Program-made: the position numbers and the translations under genes
NCBI GenBank assembly: GCA_963920595.1
Contig: OY986946.1
Span: 8,184,001 to 8,248,000, forward strand
Length of the DNA stretch: 64,000 bases
DNA from: Eimeria praecox
Taxonomy: Eukaryota
Direction of reading: 5' to 3'
Part shown: in pieces, positions 38,051 to 51,675 of the stretch
Position numbering within the stretch: the stretch's first letter is position 1
Layout of the letters: every line of letters starts with the position of its first letter
The notes under the pieces: model-generated
What the model saw: only the letters and a program-made list of their open reading frames with translations
Told to the model about the DNA's origin: nothing
Databases searched by the model: none

Positions 38051-38601
38051 TGAGTAATAGTTGCAGCGCATCGGTAACTGGTCGATGTGCAGCCGCCGGC
38101 GGTGGCCTCGGCGCCGGTCAGTTGGTCAGTTGCCTCCAAGCGGTGGCTGCTTCGACTGAAGGCCAGAGAATATCGCAGTTGAATATGAAAAGGCTTACAC
38201 CATAGACAGACTACAATACGGTTCGTTATATATCAAACGCAGATTAGAGAGAATCGGATGGGCCTCTTCCCACGAGCCCCACTTCAGACGGGAATGGCTC
38301 ACTGCCGACAGACAGCTCAAGGACGGGATGCTTGACGGTGAACCAGTTGAAGTTGTTTTGGTTTTCTCTTAGTTACCAGGTTCTCTCTTCTCTATTGGTG
38401 CTGGTGTGTTGCTGTAATCGCTGACTTCGTGTTTCCTCGGCTTTCTGAAGCGCCGATCCACGTGAGACCCGCGTGGAAAACTGGAAAGTTTCATCCGGGT
38501 TTGATAGCCCGATAAAGAGGTTTACCTCCACCTTTGCATATAGAAGGTTGGAGAAACTCCTAAATCTTCTCATCCCCCGTCTGGCTCATTGGTAACTCAA
38601 G

Positions 38602-39800
38602 ATGCAGAGCTATCGGTCAGTCAACGCCCTCTCCATGTGCGCAGCCGTGCTCGCACTCAGCGGAGGGGAAACGCATGCGTTTATGGTAGGGCGAAGGAAC
38701 AACTTTGGAGCTGTCCAACCCATGGACGTAAGGAGAAAAAATGAAGCTGCCTCCCCGCATTCGTCTTTTTCGCTGTACGACACAGACGAGCGAAATATGC
38801 AGGTGGAGCCTTCTTTGTTCTCCTTCGAAGGCAACCGGGAAGCTTCTTTTGTGCAGTCATCTGGAGATGATGACAGTGATGAGGACAGCGACGATGAAGA
38901 CGACAAACAAGGCGAAAAAGAAAAGAGCAAATCTGATAAGAGTGAGAAGCATAAAGGGGAAAAAGACAGTGAACACGCTGGCAAAGAATCTCACGGAGAG
39001 CACAGCAGCCACGAAAGTGAAGGCAAGGAAAAGTCTGAGAAAGAGAGTGAGGAGAAAGCTGAACATAAAGAAGAAGCGGCTGAGCATAAGAAGGAGTCGG
39101 CTCATCCGGGCATTCCCAAAGAGGAAAAGCAAGAAGACGAGGAGGGAAAGAAAAAGAAGAAGAAGAAGAAGGAAGAGCCTTCAAAACCTGAAAATCTGTT
39201 AACTAGCCCCCAAGAACAGTCGAAATTCATAATGTCTTCGATGAGGAAAGCCACTGATAAAAGCGTAAGTGAATTCAACTCAAGCGACGACGGACGCCCT
39301 GATGTGTTCTATTGTTTGTTGTTTTGCCCTGTATTATTTAAACACTTTATTTCTTCCCTCTCGGTGCACGAACTGATACTTTGTATCCACATCATGCTTT
39401 CGTAGCTGTTAGTGAAGCAGTGCGTCGTCTCCTTTTTTATTTCCTTGAGTTTGTCTCCCTCTCGCATTTGTTTTCCTTTTTGCATTTGTTTGTCATTGTG
39501 ATTCAGTATAGCGCAATGGAAAAACTGGTGAAAGTGATGGATTATCTACACGGGGTGGTTGCTTTGTTGAACCAGATAATACAGCTGGCACCCCCTAGCC
39601 CCTCCTTCTCAGAAACAGTGATGCTGGAATCAGCAGGCAAGAAAATATCGCTTAAGGCGCTTCTTGACGAAGCAGGAAATGTTCGAAACAGCGTTGATGC
39701 TCTTTTTACAATGCTAATGTCTGCTAAACATTCCATCATTGGAGCAATCAACCGCGCGATCCCTGCACGCCCACCGGCGCCTGCTCCACCATCCAAGTAG
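38602..39800 (+). CDS. Hypothetical secreted protein with D/E/K-rich region and helical C-terminus (2 exons)
   Basis: Signal-peptide-like N-terminus (…CAAVLALSGGETHA). The intron GTAAGT 39265..TTCAG 39506 joins 'KATDKS' to 'YSAMEKLVKV' in frame. The protein ends PAPPSK*. Confidence 0.8.
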
Positions 39801-42800
39801 AACGCCAACTAAACTAAATAAATGAAATATTTATTTGAGGCAGCAAAAATCTACCGCTGCCCCCTCCCTTGAGGCCCTACCCTGTACAGACATCCTATAT
39901 GTTTGGCGCCCCGCAGGTGAAAAAATGTTTTTTGAACCGGTTGCCGCTGATTACGCACCATCCGTCCGAACGACCCGGACTGTGGATGAAGCAATCTGTG
40001 CAAAATATTTCTATTTATTCAACCCAAATGCTGCTCGAAAGCATTGAGGGCACCTCTATATGCGCCTTGTGGGCCAGCGTCCTCATTCCGTTGGCTCATT
40101 GAGCGCAGCATCAGTGGCTCTAATGTGTACGGCCAGTGTAAAGGGTTTTGACCTCTTTCTACTTATTGGGTGGAAAGATTATGCCAAAGACTGAGGCCGG
40201 ACGTGAAATTGTCCCTTCTGTGACTGCTATTTTAAGTGCGGACTGCTAGTCTGAAGCGTATTAATTGACCGAGGTTTCTATAGGATGGTCTGATTGTTTT
40301 AAAACCGTTGGAACCCGGTGTGGACCGTCCCCAATCGCTCGCGGGCGCCAGGCATATCCTTCAACGACTGTCGCGGCTTTCCATTGGCGCTGCGAGAGCC
40401 CTCGCATCCGCCTGCCAGCCTAGCGTGATAATACAACCTTAGCACACATCATTCACCAAAACTGAACACCCTTCCCCACCCACCCTGTTGCATGTAGTTG
40501 CATGCAGTTTGTAGATACCAAAAGCACACCCACAGAACGTGGTATGAAGATCCCGCAACTCATTCCCTCGCAAAAAATATACGAGGGCCAACGCAGGCAA
40601 ATCCTGCAGCCACTAATGCTTCATTCATGCGGCAGATGAAGGAAAAAGTAGAAATATACTGCTCTTATTTGGAAGTAACTTCAGTTGTACCCCGACGTTC
40701 CGGCCTCCAGCGTTGACAGGCGCCGATCGAGACGGCAAACTCACGCTGAAGCACACAGCATTAGCAGAACTAATGCTGTCAACAACGAAACACGAGGGTG
40801 CAAATTAATATATGAAGAATTACTACGGGAACTTGGGTAGGGACAACACGGCTGAATACCAGACGCCTTGCCACCTTACAAGTACCCGACGTTCACTTCA
40901 AGAGCAGATGAAGTTCGTGCAAACAAAAGCCGCAATGAAATGACAAACTCATGATTGAAATCAACAAAAATAAGGCATCAAAACCAAAGATATGCACAAA
41001 GCGCAAACAAAACACACATATCGCCCCTCCGTCCCATGCTCGCTGAAATTTCACGCCTAAGTGACCATGGCCTGATGAGCTAGGATTCCTCACATCAGGT
41101 GTGGAATACTTCTCCAAAACTACAAACAAACGAAAACAACAGTTTCTGCTTTGAATACATTCAGTGCAACTTTGAAGGAGCCAGCACGTGCATGTGGGGC
41201 AAGATCCCTCGCGTTAGGCTGCTGTGTCAGGAGGGGGCAATGCATGCGGCACCTCCAGCCCCAGTAATTTGACGCCTTCCAGCCAATCGTTTAGTAGTAG
41301 AGAAAATCTCCACATTTTGCTTGAAAAATATACAGGAACAGTCTTCCTGATTGTCTTATTTACCTGATGCAGTAAAGGGATTATCAAGGCTAATGCACTG
41401 AGTGTGCAGCTGCAGTATAGCACGGTCTGCAGCTGCATTGTAGAATGGTCTGGGGCGTGTTGCCTCTTATGCGGGTACTTGTATCCTATGGAAGATCAAC
41501 TAAGCGTTTAAATACAGCGTACACAACAACCTACAATGCTACCACATAATGCAAGAGAACACTGATTGTGTGCATGCAGGGCTTGAAGCAGGTTCTGCAT
41601 GATGTTGGTACGCATATCCATGCTTGCTGGCATGCAGGACACAGAAGATCCATTAAGCAATCAGGGACAGCCTGCACCGTAGTCTACACTACTAGCGCAT
41701 GCAGGAGAGGAGCACTGGTTGAGCGTGCTTGTGGGGTTGCCCTGTAGCACTAACTGCAGCAAAGTGCGTTGCCGCCCATGACAGATCTGCGCCTATCCAC
41801 GCCAGCTCAGGCCCTTGGGCAGCTGTGCCCAGGAGGCATAGAGTCGGTTACGGGATGGCAGATGTTTTTTTTCGGACTCCTTCCTCAAAATATTTGACGC
41901 TATTGCATCTCACGACGGCCCTCAATTATGATGGAGAACTCTAGCTACACTTTCTAGCACTACACGGTTCACCAGGGCAGGTGCGAGTAACTAATGCCAC
42001 TGCATTTGCAGGGAAGCTTAGCGTGGAGCAATAACAGGTGCAAAAGAGTTCAATGAGGGACTTCAAACGTCTTTTCGGAAAGTCCTTATCAAAACCTCAG
42101 CCTTCTCCCTTGCACAATGGAGGTTAATCATGGTCTGTCCACGGATGCAAAGGGGAACCACGTTCGGAAGCCTCGTCGAGCACAAAGAAACACGATTTCC
42201 GAATGCCAACCGGTGGACAGTGCATTCCCATCAGTAGTTGAGGAACGCCTCCACTTATACTGATTGTCTAGGTATAAGGGGTGCAGCCATGCGAAAGCAG
42301 CACAGGAGTACCTTGGTTCCCCCGACTGATACCTTCGTTTTTGAAACGCAACAGAAGACCTACAAATGCCAATGGCCTCTTCTCTATCAGAAGGTCACGC
42401 ACGCTGTTGGTGGCTACATGGATGCAAAAATTCCGTTTTGCCAGAGAACATCGAAACCATGCAAGCCATTTCATGGTGCTCCGATGTGCAGGCTTATTCC
42501 CAGATCCCCAATCATTGGTGAGCAAAAACCTAGCAGAGGATGGGAAGCTGCTATATAAGTTTCATTGGAGTGCTCTCCCTGGAGAGAAGCAATCTGTGAA
42601 CGGCAACACCGAGGATAGGGAATTAGGGGGTGAAATAGTTGAACTCTCCGAGGCGACGAATTTTTTCAGCATAGAATAAAACAAAAATGCGATTTCCCAA
42701 GCAGTAGCTGAAATGGGAGACAGCTGGTTTGGAAGCCACTCATATTTAGAGCCAATGGATATTGGAGCTGTGAATGCCAGATCTTACCAGAAAGGGACCA

Positions 42801-42899
42801 GGAGCGCTTACAGCCAGCAGGCAACGAGTTCGGCAGCGAAAAAGGCCGAGAGGATGTATTTGGTGGCGTCTTTGCTTTTCTTGCAGGAAGCAAAGCCAC

Positions 42900-45800
42900 A
42901 TCCGAGATTGCAAACTCATGAAGAAATCAATAGAACGAGAGGAACGCAGTTAGAAGAACAGGATGTCAGCCAGAGCCGGAAGGAAAACAAAGAAAAAGAT
43001 CAGGGACACGCCCCGGCCCTTACGCAACGTGCGATGCAGTGGTGGAGGCCACAGCGATGACAGCTGCAGTGGCATATCCTCCGCCAATCAATTCACTGCT
43101 AATTCAAGCTTGCGTCAACGACTACGTGTTTCTAGGGCAGCTTGGCACAGGATACAAAGTGGAACTTATATGTGGAGCTGCGGCGAGGTCGTGCACCCAA
43201 CCAGTTTCGTTCGTTAATGTTGCCTCTTCGACTACGCTTGCGAATGACAGATAGGACGCTAGATGAGGTTAAAATATTGGCGTAAAATGTAAGCTCTATT
43301 TAGAAATGGGTCATATTACCTTAACACGCGACTTCAATGTTCGATAAATTCATCATGACGTAATCCTAGGCATGTCCTAGGTGACCCAGTGGAGGCTGCG
43401 CATGCGGCCTCTAGATGATACTATTTAGGTATCTATGCCCGAAAACAGCGAGCATGTGCACCGATCACTGCTCTCAACAGCATTTGAATCCTCTGCGGCT
43501 CGAGGAGTGGAATCAGTATGCCAAGAAGAAAGAAACGAAGAGGCTGCTACGCGCACAGAAGACAGAGAAGTGCATTTATTCAGTCCTGATGCTCCTGCGA
43601 AGTCAGCAGCTTGGGATAGCTCGATCCACTTAGCGTCCGAGAAACGGTTGAAGCTGGAACGTTTGAAGGAAACTTTCCGGTGCACTAATTAACATGGAGC
43701 TACCCGTGTGCTTGTTGCCGGGTGTACGTTCAATATACTCTTTGGAGCTCATTCTCGGAGCAAGCGCTGTTGCAAGGTATCGATGACCTCCACATATTGA
43801 AGAGGGAATTGAGAGGCAAGAGGAAGAACCAATAAGAAGGAACAAAGCTTTGCCGTCAACTAGCGCATTTGGGCACAATCCGGTGTTGGCGACTCAACAT
43901 GACACAAGCGCAATCCGTTTCAAGAGTAAACAGGAATTTCCAATGTCACCGGTGAAAGGGCAGTTAGAATATATGCAGCGTTCAACAATCGATTCATCTT
44001 TTGATTCCTTTGAGGCGTTTTGCAGATTGTAGTGCATGCCGGCGATAGGCTCAAGGCTGCATTTTAGGCCCTCAGGCGCAAAATGAAAGTCCACGCCTTT
44101 GTCATTTTGAGTCGTGAATGCATCTACAGAACTTTAAAAATAGGCCAATCGCGGCTTCTCAGGACCAACCAATGGATGGGTGCTAGCATGCACGGATGGT
44201 TTTCATGTGCTCAGCGGCAGTCTGCAGGTCCTTTTGCAGCAACTGCGAGGTGCTTTGCAAGTGCTACGTGTGAAGCAGTTGCTCATAAAGGCATGTAAGT
44301 GTTCGTTTACTATGCAACATGCTAGCTTCTTACGGGTTTCTGTTTCTGGAGCAGGATCCGAGCCTGACTCGACGAAGATAGAGACCTGGACGCGTCCGCT
44401 ACCCGGGTAAACCCGCACGGACGTCTAGAAGTTCCTCGGCCTCGCATCGTCCTACTGCAAGCTTATCTAAGGATTAGCTTGTGCCTGTAGCCATTTGAAA
44501 TATCTATTAAAAATGACAAAGAACTAATTATGAGAGCGACCAACGAAGAAATCGCCAGAAGTTGCCTCAGGAAAATGACACCGTCTCCGCTGGTTGCGGT
44601 TCCTTAACTGCACACATCTTCCCTCCTAATAGCCAATGCCAGTGACAAAGAAGCTAGGTTGACGCTGTGTCTGCAAGCAGGTGACTAGAAAAGCACCAAA
44701 TGAACCCGTTCTACTTGTTCCTTTTCACTGAAGGGGGACAGAAGTATCCGGCACTTGAGAAGGCGCTCTTTGCGCTCTGGTGGTAAAAGAGAGCCAGCAT
44801 TACTTATGTGGCAGGCCTTTCGCTGCCCAAATTATCGGCACACTTGACAAAGACTTCTAAACACTATGTGAATGAAGTAGGACGGTAGTTTTGCCGGCTC
44901 ACGCAGTACAACTTCACAGACAAGCACATCAAGGGTACCACCAACGTGATCACTGCCACCCTCTGCGGCGTCCTATTGGAGGCACTGCGTTCTGCAAATG
45001 CTCCTATGTGCTATATCTCCCGCTTAACTTCCACTTCTTTTCTAAATTGCTGTCCTGTTACTCCGTACATGCTCGTGCCGCTGCAGTGCTGTCTCCGGTC
45101 AAGAATAGGAAACGGGTTAAGCAAGACAGTGTCGCCAGCCATCTCTTGTGGCACTCCAGGAAGTGTCGAAGCCGCCAATTACGCGTTCCAGCTTTGCTTC
45201 GGACAGACCTTTTGTGCAGTGCTCACGACTATGTTTTGGCGAGTAAAGGAGGTGTTAATGCACTAATGAAGCGAGTTGATAGGTCCTTTTGGTGGCCAAT
45301 GATGCGCCCTTCACCTTAGGAATATATTTACATCCCCAGCATTCCAGCAGTAGAACCCCCGGAACCTTCTTAAGTCTGAGCTCTTGGAGCGCATTCCGTT
45401 TCACAAGGGGGTCTCGAAGATCACCTCAATGGATTCCGCAGCTGATTTCTCATCAGTCAGTGGCTTGGATAGCATCTGTGTTGCTGTGGGTTGAGTCAGT
45501 TAGACACCCTAATCGATCCCCCATTTGACTTCTGCTCCAGAAGAGAGAATAAGGCAAATATTCATTATTTACATCTGGAAGCTCCATCGGCACGTACTCG
45601 AAGCTCGTTAGCTCTTTCTGGCGCGAATTCACGAAGCAGCTTGAAGTCAATGAAAACATACCAACCAGAAAACACAGGGGAGAAACAACAGTCAAACTGA
45701 ATAATCCAACCGGACTCTCTTGCAGTCGTTGAAATTCCATAGTCAGCGAAATTTGCCAAAGGAGTATGGCCTCCTTTCCGGTGTGGAATGAGTTAATAGT

Positions 45801-46300
45801 ATGCTTGTGCTTTATTAGACCATTCGTTCTTCGGTGTCCATGGTCTACGCCGAAGTGCCATTGTCTGAATTGACATCAGAACTGCCTGTTTGAAGCCAGC
45901 CCCATACAGCCGCAACTGGCCACTTTCATGCACGGCCTGCAGCCGACGGGAATGCGCAAGGAGAACAGAAGCATAACAAACAAGAAACCACGACAACCAA
46001 CTTTGCGAAGTAGCTTTCAAGCCACGAGACTGGGTTGTCATGGATTTGCGCGCCCTTCGAGGAGCGCAGAAGGCCGAACTGCCAAAGAAGTCCACCACAG
46101 ACTGGGTAGTGCGCCTCGTCGGTCGCTCTCGGGTTAGCCCGCTGGCCTGTGGCGTAGGCTTACCTTCAACGTGGCGATACTGTCATACCATTAGTGTCCG
46201 TTGTCCCCATGGCGACGCGCTCAATGATGTTGCTCACTTGCAGCAATTCAGTTCATATTTTGTACTCGGTTGGAAAAGAGCATCAAATGGCGATTCTTCA
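42900..46300 (+). mobile_element. Degenerate Ty3/gypsy LTR-retrotransposon (PR-RT-RH-IN)
   Basis: Protease-like 'VFLGQLGTGYKVELI' (~43130). RT 'LRGALQVLRVKQLLIKACKCSFTMQHASFLRVSVSGAGSEPDSTKI...KFLGLASSYCKLI' (44240-44470). RNase H 'FLLIANASD'. Integrase 'LRVPALLRTDLLCSAHD...RSFWWPMMR' and 'ITSMDS...GLDSICVAV'. C-terminal 'GLPSTWRYCHTISV'. Many stops and frameshifts. A gag region may extend upstream to ~41900. No LTRs were recognised. Confidence 0.88.
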
Positions 46301-48864
46301 CAAAATCAAATAGAGGGGGATGCTGTTCACGCCTAGTGAGCACGCCACCGGGCTGTTCCCAAGCAACCGGCTGCACCAGCAGCAAGGTGCAGCGTCATCC
46401 CCATATAGAGGCAGCCCCCCTTTCGTTGTTCTTTTCTCTTCTTTTATTTGCTGTGAGCAACCAAACTCACGAGGGCGTGTGCCCCTTGGGAGACAGCGGC
46501 ACGGGGTGATGCAGATGCAACATGTGATGCTGGCGCTGGTATCGCGACTTGTGTGCATGTTGCTTATGGAGGGCCAACCGAGTGCTCAACCATTGCCAAA
46601 ACTATTGTCTAAAATGCAGTGTTATGCACCACTATTGGAGATCTGGTGTTTGCACGTGAGGCTGCCCTGCAGCAATAGCTGCAGGAACGCGCGTTGCCGC
46701 TTGAGAGACACCAGCTCGTACCCGCGCCAGCTCCAGGACTCTGGACCGCTGTGCACAGAATGCTTGTTGGGGGAGAGGGAACGTTAGTTGCCTCTATGAG
46801 CCTTTTTCGTAAATCCTTGACTCAAGTGCCTCTCACGAAAGCCGTATCTAATACCGGACCCTTGTTACAGTTGCCCTGCAGCCCCTCCAGGTGAGGAAGA
46901 TGCACCTGCAAACCTGCTCCCTCAGCTGCATTTGGAGACACAACAACTACTTCAGAAAAGCAAAGAGTTACTCCATTGACCCCGCACCGCTTCGCCCGTT
47001 ATATCTGGACAGTTCACAAGGGTGGAGGCATGCGTCGCGAGTTGCTTCCACTGTAAATACACTTCCCGCTCGGTGTAATACGGATACGCCCTTTGTCCAA
47101 TGCAGCGCAGGGCACAGCCTCTGGGTGCCTTCCCACTGTAGAGCAGCTGTTGATAAGTCCCCACAGTGCAAGGGGAGAAAAGGCTGAATTTCATAGTTCT
47201 CGGCCTTACCGGAAGACTGTCCTAAGCTGTTGTAGAGTCAAAATACTTAATGCACAGGCCCCCTAAATGACAATGGCCACTTTAAGTGCTAGATAGTAGC
47301 CACAAGCCCTGCACACATCGCTATACGCTCCTACGGCTGATAAAGTGTAACGGGGACTACTATGAGTTGCATCACACCTCCCTGCAGACCGTGCTGCAAA
47401 GGAACCCCACATAAAGGCATAACTATATTTCCTTTCGAAGCATCTATTAACACTGAGTACAAGTGCAGAGGACTAATTTTTTCTTTAGTATCAATCTTGC
47501 ACGCAAGTAGAAATACATCTACCAACTTCATAGAGAGGATACAACCATGGCACAGGATGGGTTTAAGGGTTTTGTGAGGGCTGCAGCTTGTTGCCGACAA
47601 TCTGTTATGTACGTGTTTCTCAGCTGTAAGTTATAATTAGGGATATTATATCATGTGTCTACGCACATCGGGTTGCTGTCTTCATATTCATGTGCTACCC
47701 ACGCTAGTAGTCTGGTGTGTGTGACGACGGCTCTGACGGCTGCGGGAGCGTAGGGCAGAATGGGGTGAATAAATGAAGGAAGCTCAAGAATATATATAAG
47801 CATTGATTTTGTAAGTATTTAATGAATATAAACAAATTAAATGCGGAATACTGCACCTGCCCGGTGTATCTAGAAGGAGCAACAACACCCACTCTCCCCC
47901 ACTGCGGTGGCGTTTCGCGCCGTCGGGGCGGGCGGCGGCCTGTGTCTTGTACGTAATTTTTGTTTTCTTGTTTGTGTACGATTTTCATGCTGTTTCGTGA
48001 CATTTAGCGGCTCAATGCCGTGAATTTGTGCTCTTACTCTCCCCGTATTTGCTCGGTTTCTTCGGTGTTCTGTACCGCGTTGTAGATACACCCCAGCGAC
48101 GGGCGGGCTTAGGTTGCCAGTTGAACGCACACATTACGTCGGTGGAGTTGACGGGGGCCTCTTTCCCCGTTAAATCACGATTACTTTGTGCAGAAAGTGT
48201 TTATATTTTCTTTGTTTCGTCACTCTTCTTCAAGTGAAGCTGCTGTGAGGCGGCAGGTGGGCTTTCTGGGGTCGGCTGACGCAGGCGGGCCGCCGTGTTT
48301 CTTGCGTTGAATTTGCAAGTTTCGCCGTTTGATTGTTTATATTTTGTCCTTTGTCACATTTTCTCTTCGATTTATCATTGCAACTTTGTTTATTTGGCAA
48401 GTAGAGCCGCGGCGTCACCTGAGTTCTTATTATTAAGGGGGGGGCCGCCGCCCGTAGCGTTTCTCTCTAGCGCTCGTTCTGTTAATTTGTTTTTATCTTT
48501 CTGTCTTTTTCCTTTGCTTTTTTCTTCCAAGTGCAACTCCGATGTCGCTGTAGATATGCCCCCCTTGTAGCTGCCTCTGGGCCTTTCTCTTGTTTCTGAA
48601 CGGCCCGAGCTTCCTCTCTGCTGCTCGATAGCAGCATCTTAATTTGTGTCTTGCTAGTGCAATTCAAACTCGTGCATTAGGACAGCTGGAGGGGATCTGT
48701 GGAGGTGCCAGGTGGCGGCGGAAAGCGAGGCTGAGGACTCCTTGGGGTGTCTAGACAGCTACTATACGAGCTGCTACGCCTAGAAACATACAGGTCTTCG
48801 CTTCATTGAACGCTCCCCCCTACCTCTTTCATATCCTTCTCCCAGCAGTGTCCACGTCTTCATC

Positions 48865-49418
48865 ATGTCCACTAAAAACCCACCCCAGCAGCAGCTCGAG
48901 CCGCAGCAGCAGCAACAGCAGCAGCAGCAGCAGCCCGAGCCGCAGCAGCAGCAGCAGCAGCAGCAGCAGGCCGAGCAGCAGCAGGAGCCGCAGCAGCAGC
49001 AGAAGGAGCAGCAGGAGCAGCAGGAGTGTCTGTCTGCTGTCTGTTGTGCCCCTGTCTCTGCTGCAGCTGCATGCAAGCGACCTCGAGAGACAGCGGGGCT
49101 GCATGCAACAGCAACTGTCTCTGATGGCTCGGGTCAAACATCTTCGGGTTTTGTTTTCTTAGGCCGTCCATCGAAACACTCTCGGCCTCAGAGTCTTTCT
49201 GGTGGTGGTGCTGTCTCCCGAGCTGCTGCTGCTGCTGCTGCTGCAACTGCAGCAGCAGCAGCAGCAGCACCTTTCTCAGGTCTTGCTGCTGCTGCTGCTA
49301 GCCGACTGCAGTCGAAACAGGCTGCTCCTCCTTCAGGGGTAGAACGAGATGAGTGTAGTAAGGATATTAAGTTGAAGGAGGAGGAGACAGAGCGTGCAGC
49401 ATCGAAGGAGTTGCTGCC

Positions 49419-49449
<31 letters not shown>

Positions 49450-50021
49450 CCTGCAGCAGCAGCAGCAGCATCATCATCATCATCACCCTCCTCAGCCTCA
49501 GCATCAACAGCAGCAACAGCAGCAACAACAACAGCAGTAACAGCAGCATCAGCAGCATCAGCACCTGCTGCTGCTGCTGGAGACAGTAAGAAGACAGTAG
49601 ATGAGGGGCATGCATGCGATAAGAAGGAGGAGAAGGTAGTAGTAGTAGAGCAGCCATGGCGTTTAAGCCAGCGTTGTCGCTTACTTGTATCTGATTTGAG
49701 CTGTGCATACAGCCGAGATGCAGGACAAGACAATCAACACAACTCGCGTACAGCCCAAACAAATTACTCTCAAGAGGCATACAGAGCAGATAAAGCGCAT
49801 GCAGGAGATTATCTAATTAATAATAAAAGATTATCTCCTGAGGCGAGGGATATGATTGTTTGTATTATTAATAAGGTGGCTGTACAGCTGGCCGAGCAAA
49901 GTGCTGCTGCTGCTGCTGCAACAACAACAGCAACAACAACAGCAACAACAACAACAGGAGGAGGAGCAGCAGCGGCAACAGCAGCAACAGCAACAAACAA
50001 CAACAATAACAACAACAACAG

Positions 50022-50053
<32 letters not shown>

Positions 50054-50562
50054 AGCAGCAACAACAGGATTCGTTAGAACCTCGTGCTGCAGCAGTAGTT
50101 GGTGTTGCTATACAGTTGTTTGATAGGATAATGGCTGCCATACAGAAGGCAGATTTAGTTTATGGTGTCAGTGCAGAGAGGAAGAACCATCCTTTGAAGG
50201 CGTTGTCTGTACGTACAGGTCTAAGCCCTCTGTTACTAACACAGTTAATAGCTGTTGTTTGTCTTGGGTTTGCGGATAGATTAGAAGCCATAACATCTAC
50301 AGATTATGCTGCTATACTTGAGGCTTGGAGGAATAATGCTGTAGGGATGCTGAAGAGTGTATGGCCTACAGGAGGTGTATATACAGCTCATTTACAAACA
50401 AAGTTGCTGTTAATTGAGAGAATTATTGTTGCTTATATTACACCTTCGGGGAATATCGCTGTCCCTCCTACTTCAGAATTAACTGAGAGCCTCCTTAATG
50501 TGGCATATCTATTTGGGGCTGCTGCGTATAGAAGCGCTCTACGCAGAACTGCTGCTGCTAAA

Positions 50563-50596
<34 letters not shown>

Positions 50597-50619
50597 ATAA
50601 GGTGAAGGGTCCTGATGCT

Positions 50620-50655
<36 letters not shown>

Positions 50656-50779
50656 ACAGACAATGCTGAGACAGAATCAGAAAATACAAAACCAAAGACA
50701 TCTCAGCAACAACAGCAGCAGCAACAGCAACAGCAGCAGCAGAAGAACGGGGTTTCAACGAAGACAGACGCATCTCTAG

Positions 50780-50811
<32 letters not shown>

Positions 50812-51612
50812 ACAGGAGATGTTGATGTATCTCAGGCGAACCCATTTGCTGCAGCATTGATATGGAGGGGAGCAGCAGCAACAGTAGCAGAGACAGCAGC
50901 ACTATCTTTAAGGATAAGCGGAAGCAGCAGAGTAGATATATCTCGACAGGTTGCACAGTTTTTCGTTCGTCTTTCTTTATTAGATAATAATATATGTTTA
51001 CAATTTAAACCATCAACAGTAGCAGCAGCAGCAGCACAATTAGCTATGTTTTATTCTGGTGGGGCTTCTTCATCTTATCCTGTTGAGATACAAGAAGGAT
51101 TAGGGGCTGCTGCTGCTGCTGTTGTTGCTACAGGGGGAAGTACAGCATTTAAACTTGTGAGAAGATGTCAGTATCTAATGTTGAACAAATGGTTGTGGGT
51201 TAAGAAAACACTCCTTCAACGGGGGACTGCTGCTGCTGCTGGTGGTGCTGCTGTACACCATGCAGCAGCAGGAGATAGCCTAGCTCATAGGCTTGTAGCG
51301 GACTGGGTACAACATAATCTTATACAGCCCCATCATAGACAAGTGCTGCTGCAGGTGCAGCAGCAAGCTAATAGCTTGCTGCGATGTCAGGTCCTTGCTA
51401 GACAGCAGCAGTTAGCTGCTGAGGAGAAAAATAAAAAGAAAATAAACACAAATAAACAAATTAATAACTTACAACCTCTTCATACACCAGATCCGGGTGT
51501 ATGTACAGCAGCAAACCAAAACACCTGGGGTGTATCAAGCTTCAAACAGAAGACCCTCTCACAGAAAGACAAGTCTACAGCACAGTTGATGCAGCAGCAG
51601 CAGCAGCAGGTG

Positions 51613-51646
<34 letters not shown>

Positions 51647-51675
51647 AGCAGCAACAGCGAGTCGTGCACGTGTAA
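48865..51675 (+). CDS. Divergent cyclin (N- and C-terminal cyclin folds) with homopolymer insertions, single exon
   Basis: 936-aa ORF with cyclin-box elements in order: 'LSPEARDMIVCIINKV' (MRAIL helix), 'VAIQLFDRIM' (lAv.ylDR), 'QLIAVVCLGFADRLE' (QL.g..cl.iA.K.E), 'LLLIERII...IAVPPT' (mE..iL...Pt), and the C-domain 'FFVRLSLLDNNICLQFKPSTVAAAAAQLA'. Confidence 0.8.

Noticed and set aside
40300..41150. Possible additional integrase C-terminal remnant on the + strand
   Set aside because: Only vague resemblances ('APIETAN', 'NFTPK*PWP') are visible, which is not supportable without a profile search.
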